NCBI GenBank assembly: GCA_002373375.1
Contig: DFLE01000001.1
Span: forward strand, 1,970 to 65,969
Reading direction: 5' to 3'
DNA: 64,000 nucleotides
From: Prevotellaceae bacterium UBA3627
GTDB taxonomy: Bacteria > Bacteroidota > Bacteroidia > Bacteroidales > Bacteroidaceae
Both the position numbers and the translations under genes were made by a program. Each line of letters opens with the position of its first letter. The first letter of the stretch is position 1. Shown here in pieces: positions 57,408-64,000 of this stretch. A model generated the notes under the pieces. It saw only the letters and a list, made by a program, of their open reading frames with translations, did no database searches and was not told the DNA's origin.

Positions 57408-58035
57408 AATCCGTGTCATCCGTTTTAATCCGTTGTTAAGATTAATCCCAGTAATCCCTGTAATCTGTGGTCGTATTATCCGTATAATCTGTATAATTAG
57501 TTTTAATCCGTTGTCAAAAAAAAATCCTGTAATCCCTGTAATCTGTGGTCGTATTATCCGTATAATCTGTATAATTGTTTTTAATTCGTTGTTGAAAATA
57601 AATCAAATAAATCCCTGTAATCTGTGGTCGTATTATCCGTATAATCCGTATAATTGTTTTTAATCTGTTGTTGAAAAGAAATCAAATAAATCCCAGTAAT
57701 CTGTGGTCGTATTATCCGTATAATCCGTATAATTGGTTTTAATCCGTTGTTGAAAAGAAATCAAATAAATCCCAGTAATCTGTGGTCGTATTATCCGTAT
57801 AATCTGTATAATTGGTTTTAATCCGTTGTTGAAAAGAAATCAAATTAATCCTTGTAATCAGTGGTCGTATTATCCGTATAATCTGTATAATTGGTTTTAA
57901 TCCGTTGTTGAAAAAAATCAAATTAATCCCTGTAATCTGTGGTCGTATATCCGTACAATCCGTCTTAATCCGTTGTCAAAAAAAAATCCTGTAATCCCAG
58001 TAATCTGTGGTCGTATTATCCGTATAATCCGTTGT
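57408..58035. repeat. ~79 bp tandem repeat array (8 units) built from AATCCGT/AATCTGT sub-repeats
   Basis: GTGGTCGTA anchors at 57467, 57545, 57624, 57703, 57782, 57861, 57939 and 58007. Confidence 0.92.
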
Positions 58036-58095
58036 CGGCTTTGTTAATGATAATGTGAAATAAAGTTAAAACACACATTTATTCAGTTAAAAATT

Positions 58096-58126
58096 TTTGA
58101 GAGTAGGTGAAAAAGTACTAATTTTG
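58096..58126 (+). promoter_or_regulatory. Full Bacteroidetes promoter TTTG-N19-TAATTTTG for the last gene
   Basis: -33 box at 58096 and -7 box at 58119. Confidence 0.7.
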
Positions 58127-58204
58127 TAGTTTGATGAATGGCATCATTATGTCCTTTCGTCAGATATTTCCGTGCAATAGCATGAAAACACGGTACAATT
58201 GAAC

Positions 58205-61200
58205 ATGATTAGAAAAATAATAAACCTAAATAAGTATATGGGAATTAAAAGGATTTCTGTTACATTACAACGTTTCGTGATGTTCATGGCGCTCGTGGCA
58301 GCGTATGCGTTGAACGTCTCTGCCGACAGTTGGGCTGACCATGCCCCGGCCTCACTTAGTGATGCCCGTATATCAGGCTCAGGAACGGCTGGTGATCCGT
58401 ACATCATCTCCAATAAGGAGCAGATGGCGTACTTCGGCAAAGTGATGGGAGGCAACAGCCAGTACTGGAAGCTTGGTGCGGATTCCATCAATCTTTCGGG
58501 ACATGACTGGACCTTCGGCTCGGAGTACTGGCCAGTGATTTTCTCCGGTCATTTTGACGGCGGCGGATACACCATCATCGGCGTTAACATGGTGGTGCCT
58601 GACGACCACTGCTTCTCTGGTTTCTTCTGCGCCCTCTCAGGCTCAGTGGAGAACGTGGAACTGGCGTCGCCGGCTCTCACCTTGAAGAAGGTAAACTGGC
58701 CGCCTGATGACTACAGCTACCGTTCCAGCGGCACGCTGGTGGGCGTGGTGCTCAGCGGCGGCTCGGTGAAGAAGTGTAAGGTAACATCTCCTACAATTAC
58801 CATGACAGACACTCCCTCACAATATCAGAAACCGTTCGGACTGGGCGGTATGATAGGATCGGTGCGCGGCTCTGGCTCTGTCACCAACTGTAAGGTTGAA
58901 GGCGGAAGCATAACAGACGCGTCTAATCTGGTTCTCGATCAGACTAGTCTGTATGTGGGCGGACTATGCGGCGATATTGACGCGGTGTCCAGCCTCAGTG
59001 ACTGTGTTGTCAAGGATATGACCATCACGCTGGATCAGGTTGAGTCGTATAGCGAGACGCAGGTCGTCTTCGCTGTCGGCGGCGTGGTCGGTAATGTGAT
59101 GAAGCCGGCCACCAATATGCCGGAGCGTATCCTTGCCTGGGGATGTAAAATCAATGCCCCCAAGGCTATGGTGGGACCAGTGGCGGGCGTGTTCCGCAGA
59201 AGTCATGAGACCATTGACAAAAACGTAATAACCGACGACTACTCAGGTGAGGGTGACAAGAGTCTCTCTGACGCATCCAAGACAAGCACCTGGATGTATA
59301 ACGGCTATAAACTGGCTGTTGACGAGAATAGTTCGATATTCAGTTCATTCAGTAAGAACTACACCGCTTCGCTTACTGATGGATACCTCGACGTTGGAAA
59401 TGCCGTGCAGACATTGCCCAAGCAGAACCGCGTGAACAGCAGTTCGCGAAACTCGCATACTGTGCTCTGGTACACCTCTAACAGAGGTCGTGGCACATCC
59501 AACAACAACAATCAGGACATTGCGCCGACCTTTGAGAACTGGGCATGGATTCCTGACGGATATAAATATTTCGCACAAGGTTACAACGTAGGTTCTTACG
59601 TTGACAGCACTCAGGCGAAGGATTTCTTCGAGAGTGTGGGCAACGTGGAGAAGCCATGTCAGCTTACGCTCGTTGACGAGAATGAGGGACTCCGTGGCGA
59701 GGTGCCACATACCCTGAAGCTCACCGTCGTTGACGGAGCCAAAACTGTCAGCGGCACGGGTGCCGACAAGCTCACGTGGACGTGGGCTGTTGGCGGTGTG
59801 GAGAAAGCCACGGGGCAGACTTACACCCTCGACGTCACGTCGTCCTACACCGCAGACTCAACGGTTCTTGTCACAGCCTCTGACGGTACCATGGTGTCAT
59901 ATACCATACCGAGGGCCTTCTTGCGTACCAAGGACGGCACGGACCTGAAGCGAGGCGAGCAGACAAACCCTTATGTCATAGGCAATGAGAAGGAGCTGAG
60001 GCTGTGGTCAGAGCTGTCTCGCACCATGGGGCAGTTTGACAACTACTATGAGAACGGCGTGGTGAAGCAGGACAAGGTCAGTGACTTCAACAAGGCCTAC
60101 TTCGAGCTTGACGCCAACATCGACATGGAAGTGAGAAGCATGACAGGTGTGACAGACGGTTACTCCGGCTCATCGGACGCTCTTTATGCGGAGCGCCACG
60201 GCTTCAACCATAATGATGACTTCCTGCCTATCTGCGGATTAACCTCAGAGGACATATATGACGTCGCTCACACTTTCCGCGGTACCTTTGACGGTCAGGG
60301 ACACGTCATCAAGAACCTCCACCAGATATGGCGCGGAGGCACGCTTGATTTCTATTACGACGAGCAGGCCACACAGTCATGGGGACTCTTCGGCGTTGTG
60401 AGCGGCGGCACCATCAAGAACCTTATCATCGATGGTGCGAAACTGGAGCACGACGTGTATAACGGCTCGTTCTTCTATGAGGAGGCCATGCATACACAAC
60501 CTCAGAATAATGATAATGTAACCAAGAACAATAACCCGAGAGGTACGAATGTGGCTGTGGGTGTCGTTGCGGGTATGATTACCGCCGGCTCTGTCATACG
60601 CGATGTGGATGTCAGGAACAGCGCCATCTACGCCTCTAACGTTGATCCTACCTGTTGCCAGCCTGGCTCGGTTTGGAAACAGATTATAATCATCCGTCGT
60701 AACTTCGGATGGGGACTCTATGTCGGTGGTATCGTAGGTCGTGTACAGAGCTCGTATGACGGCTCTATGCTCAGTGACCTCGGACACAGCACGAAGATAC
60801 ATTATGTGTCTTCTGATGTTGACATTGATATTATGCCGATACGTATCAACTATCAGATGAATAACAATACCACGGCATACCCGAAGCGTATGCACTTCAA
60901 CACGGGTGGTATTGTGGGTTCTATGCACTCTACTGGTAACTACACCACTATACCGTGGCCGGAGCACTCTTTCTACACAGGACTGATACGTACCATGCAC
61001 GGCACGGCGAGTCCGTCATTCGGCTATGTGTCTTACAACACCATAGCTGCGGAGGCTAACTATGGTGATTTCCATAATCACTATGTAGGTTACCCGGGTG
61101 TGCTTACCACCTCTTATTATAACAACCTCTACTTCCGCGACTGTTACAGTGACGAGAATGCGGACAATGTAAACCACTTCAACTGGAAGACTACGCCGCA

Positions 61201-64000
61201 GTATGCTCATGAGGTAGCGGTGCCTACGGCAGGTATGCTTTACTACAGTAGTGCCAGCAACTATTGGGGAACTAATGGTGTTGATGAAGGTGCTGCTTGC
61301 ACATATAATAATAATAATGGTACTTATACATGGAGTGGTGGTACCATGAAGCTGAACCCTGCGACTCACTGGATGATCGGTCCTATTACTGACGAGTTGC
61401 TTGAAGCTGCTGTTTCGAAAAAGGTTATGTACAAGTGTGACGCCGGCACATACACCCTGCGTCAGCATCTGGAGAGTGGTAATCTACAAACCAATCGTGC
61501 CATTGTCAGCCAGTATCACGGTATAAATCAGGCTACTTGGAAGGATTGGACGGATACCGACAACAGTGATGCTCTTGTTCTCGAGTATAACGAGCGTACT
61601 GACGGCACGGCGAGAAACTACACCTGGGGATGGGATTCTCATAACGGCAGACCTATGCTTACCGGCGAGTCTGCGGAGTATCTTGAGGTGACGGGAACTG
61701 GTGGCGTGCTTACTGCCACGCTGAAAGGCATGAATAATACCGACGGTTTCTACTACACCTGGTATGAGCGTTGTGATACAAATGCAGTGCAGACGGCTGC
61801 ACTTGCAAACGATGTGAGTCATGGTAACCAATATACTATTCCGAATTATGATACTTACAAGACGCATAACCGCTACTTCTATGCGGTGGCTACGAAAACA
61901 GATGCCACCACAGGCAAGACCTATACCTATACCTCCAAGCTGTTCACTGTTCACGGAACGCTCGGCGAGGTGACGGCTACGAAGACCACTGACCAGACCG
62001 AGGCTACGTCAGGCGGCAATTATACACATGAGACATACCTCAATGTGCGTATCAGCCAGGAGGACTATTACAAGCTCCCTGAGGAGATACGTGAGAAGAC
62101 TCCTGCCACTTATTATGCTCGGACCGATGCCGGTTGGAATGAGTACAAGCAGGCGGTAGCTAATATGGTACTCTACTATGATGAGACAAACGATAAGGTG
62201 TACACTGTATATGATGGTTTTAGTGCCAATAGTGTGCATTGTGTGACGGGAGGTGATTATAATCCAGACACAAAGGTGATAACTCCAAGATATGATGAGA
62301 GTTTGAAGGGTACTTTCTTGGCTTTGCCAGAACATGATCCTGCCCTGTTGAAAGAGAGTGCTACTTATTATACATTTGAGGAGTTCAAACTTGCGGATGT
62401 ACGTGGCGGTAGTTATAATTCATCTTCCGAACCTTACTCGGGTTATACTTACGCTTTCAATGGTGATGCCACGTCGCCCAAGGCTGGTCAGTCCTATCCG
62501 AACAGGGAGACGACTAAGACAGTCTTTGATGCTCTGGCGGACAAGTCTATGCCTAAGACGGTCACTACTATCATGACAGTAAATATAACACCGGATTATA
62601 TTACTACAGACAGTAAGTATGAGGTGTCATACCAGTGGTATCAGAAGAACGGCACGATTATTCCCGGCGCTACGGAGAAGACATATAGTGCGGTGAAGGC
62701 TGCCGACAACAACATGGGCGCTTATTACTGTCAGGTGACGGTCAAGGATATTTTGTATAGCTGTTACCAGCCAGTGATATTCAATGATTCCCTGATGTAT
62801 CAGTGGGGTGAGAAGTATGTGTTCATCAACCCTGACGCAACACCATATCATATTAAAGGCCTTATTCAGGATGTTCCTAGTAGTTATCAGCTGCCCGCGG
62901 ATGCGGATACGAAAGGGGAAAATACCGGTATAGGTAACGACAACAACGATGGTAAGACTCCGTTCACTCCTGTGCGTACATGGGAGAGAGCCTATGCACT
63001 GCTTGATGAGACAGCCTCTTGGGATGAGAATATCATCGTGCTTATAGGCAAGAGTTCGGCACAGGTTACTACCAGCTCGCCGTTTGGTAAGGGTGACACC
63101 GGCGGTCAGGGTGGTTCTAATACTGGCTCTTATAACAACTGGAAGTCACGCGGCGGCATAATGTTCGGACGCAGCGCCACCATACAGTCCAAGACGGCGT
63201 TGGTTGACAATTATGAGGGAGAGTTTGAGATAGGTAACTGTGCGGCCGGCAGCTATCAGTACGGCTTCTTCATCTGGGGTGACACGCGCTTCCGTAATTT
63301 GAAGTTCGGTGTTAACGAGACATCGGGTTACGGTATCATCTTCTGTCAGTATAACAACCTCGAGATGGGTGAGGGGCTACAGTTCGTCAACTGGCCGAAA
63401 GCCAACTCCTCGGGTACTGACGTGGGTCCGCTGCCTTCGACGGTCATTCCTGACCTCCAGATCTTCGGCGGAATAAATAATGACTCACGTTTCGTTGATA
63501 TGCCCGGACATATCAACAATTACAAGGAGTTGCTGCCTCATCCGGAGGGCTTTACCATCACGGTCAAGTCCGGTTTCTACAGCAACATCTGTGCCTCTGG
63601 TCGTCAGACCACCGGTTCTAACAACTGGGCTAACGGCATGGCGGGATGTCCTGACCAGCCTATCAAGTGTAACATCGTGGTCGATATTGACCGTAACTGG
63701 AACAATAAGTCTGAGAACCAGGGTGGCATGGATGCCACATACGATGTCGGTGCGCTGATGGCAGGCAACCATGAGGGTGCGCAGTATGGTGACATGAATA
63801 TCATCGTGCGCTCAGGTATCGTGGGACGTATCACGTCAGGCTCGCTCGGTAACCAGCGTGCTTGCGGCAACTATGGTATGTCTGGCGGCTACTATGCCAC
63901 AAACACCCGATACGGTTCCGAAAATAATGTGTATTTCCCCTCTGACACGTATTTCGGCAGGGTGAACATACTGATTGACCCGGCATCTTCAGAGATGAAT
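58205..64000 (+). CDS. Very large secreted surface protein with GLUG/ZmpA-like beta-helical repeats; runs off the right edge (>1900 aa)
   Basis: Not in the ORF track because it has no stop in the window. Hand translation gives MIRKIINLNKYMGIK...MFMALVAAYALNVSA (signal), GSGTAGDPYIISN, FSGHFDGGGYTI, GEQTNPYVIGNE, FRGTFDGQGHVIKNL and GNDNNDGKTPFTPVRTW. The frame was consistent at spot checks through 64000; the start may be 58238. Confidence 0.8.
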   Translation, partial: MIRKIINLNKYMGIKRISVTLQRFVMFMALVAAYALNVSADSWADHAPASLSDARISGSGTAGDPYIISNKEQMAYFGKVMGGNSQYWKLGADSINLSGHDWTFGSEYWPVIFSGHFDGGGYTIIGVNMVVPDDHCFSGFFCALSGSVENVELASPALTLKKVNWPPDDYSYRSSGTLVGVVLSGGSVKKCKVTSPTITMTDTPSQYQKPFGLGGMIGSVRGSGSVTNCKVEGGSITDASNLVLDQTSLYVGGLCGDIDAVSSLSDCVVKDMTITLDQVESYSETQVVFAVGGVVGNVMKPATNMPERILAWGCKINAPKAMVGPVAGVFRRSHETIDKNVITDDYSGEGDKSLSDASKTSTWMYNGYKLAVDENSSIFSSFSKNYTASLTDGYLDVGNAVQTLPKQNRVNSSSRNSHTVLWYTSNRGRGTSNNNNQDIAPTFENWAWIPDGYKYFAQGYNVGSYVDSTQAKDFFESVGNVEKPCQLTLVDENEGLRGEVPHTLKLTVVDGAKTVSGTGADKLTWTWAVGGVEKATGQTYTLDVTSSYTADSTVLVTASDGTMVSYTIPRAFLRTKDGTDLKRGEQTNPYVIGNEKELRLWSELSRTMGQFDNYYENGVVKQDKVSDFNKAYFELDANIDMEVRSMTGVTDGYSGSSDALYAERHGFNHNDDFLPICGLTSEDIYDVAHTFRGTFDGQGHVIKNLHQIWRGGTLDFYYDEQATQSWGLFGVVSGGTIKNLIIDGAKLEHDVYNGSFFYEEAMHTQPQNNDNVTKNNNPRGTNVAVGVVAGMITAGSVIRDVDVRNSAIYASNVDPTCCQPGSVWKQIIIIRRNFGWGLYVGGIVGRVQSSYDGSMLSDLGHSTKIHYVSSDVDIDIMPIRINYQMNNNTTAYPKRMHFNTGGIVGSMHSTGNYTTIPWPEHSFYTGLIRTMHGTASPSFGYVSYNTIAAEANYGDFHNHYVGYPGVLTTSYYNNLYFRDCYSDENADNVNHFNWKTTPQYAHEVAVPTAGMLYYSSASNYWGTNGVDEGAACTYNNNNGTYTWSGGTMKLNPATHWMIGPITDELLEAAVSKKVMYKCDAGTYTLRQHLESGNLQTNRAIVSQYHGINQATWKDWTDTDNSDALVLEYNERTDGTARNYTWGWDSHNGRPMLTGESAEYLEVTGTGGVLTATLKGMNNTDGFYYTWYERCDTNAVQTAALANDVSHGNQYTIPNYDTYKTHNRYFYAVATKTDATTGKTYTYTSKLFTVHGTLGEVTATKTTDQTEATSGGNYTHETYLNVRISQEDYYKLPEEIREKTPATYYARTDAGWNEYKQAVANMVLYYDETNDKVYTVYDGFSANSVHCVTGGDYNPDTKVITPRYDESLKGTFLALPEHDPALLKESATYYTFEEFKLADVRGGSYNSSSEPYSGYTYAFNGDATSPKAGQSYPNRETTKTVFDALADKSMPKTVTTIMTVNITPDYITTDSKYEVSYQWYQKNGTIIPGATEKTYSAVKAADNNMGAYYCQVTVKDILYSCYQPVIFNDSLMYQWGEKYVFINPDATPYHIKGLIQDVPSSYQLPADADTKGENTGIGNDNNDGKTPFTPVRTWERAYALLDETASWDENIIVLIGKSSAQVTTSSPFGKGDTGGQGGSNTGSYNNWKSRGGIMFGRSATIQSKTALVDNYEGEFEIGNCAAGSYQYGFFIWGDTRFRNLKFGVNETSGYGIIFCQYNNLEMGEGLQFVNWPKANSSGTDVGPLPSTVIPDLQIFGGINNDSRFVDMPGHINNYKELLPHPEGFTITVKSGFYSNICASGRQTTGSNNWANGMAGCPDQPIKCNIVVDIDRNWNNKSENQGGMDATYDVGALMAGNHEGAQYGDMNIIVRSGIVGRITSGSLGNQRACGNYGMSGGYYATNTRYGSENNVYFPSDTYFGRVNILIDPASSEMN

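Noticed and set aside
57433-57921. Short ORFs with PVICGRIIRII or TDYTD repeats
   Set aside because: Translations of the 79 bp array; the unit length is not a multiple of three, so frames break.
57408-58035. CRISPR array
   Set aside because: Units repeat along their whole length with no unique spacers, and there are no cas genes in the window.
58147-63870. Many short ORFs listed in the track
   Set aside because: They overlap or oppose the single long plus-strand frame starting at 58205.
1-64000. Prophage, IS element, reverse transcriptase/DGR, rRNA or tRNA genes
   Set aside because: No integrase, transposase, RT, phage structural gene or structural RNA signature was recognised by eye.

Overview
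Chromosomal window from a Bacteroidales (Prevotella-like) bacterium, judged from TAnnTTTG promoters, T9SS-type C-termini and fimbrillin-like lipoproteins. It holds housekeeping genes (aminopeptidase P, asnS, an RluB-like pseudouridine synthase, purB, OmpA, DUF1846) and a Firmicutes-style ribD-ribE-ribBA-ribH operon. It also holds large secreted pectin-directed proteins (GH105, PL1, two >3500 aa CE8-bearing paralogues) and other giant surface proteins, with no SusC/D pair. Five observations stand out. (1) An integron-like array of type II toxin-antitoxin cassettes, three of them led by the same ~135 bp repeat, with antitoxin N- and C-terminal halves shuffled between toxin types and a vestigial toxin start. 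(2) An identical 34 bp REP-like hairpin translated in frame inside both ribD and ribE, plus a sister hairpin family around the rib operon. (3) Tandem giant paralogues, one with an intact pectin methylesterase active site and one with all four catalytic motifs replaced. (4) Three small YxxP-leader acidic peptides next to secreted or pilin genes. (5) A 79 bp tandem array and several other phased or palindromic intergenic repeats. All family assignments come from motif recognition by eye; no database searches were run.
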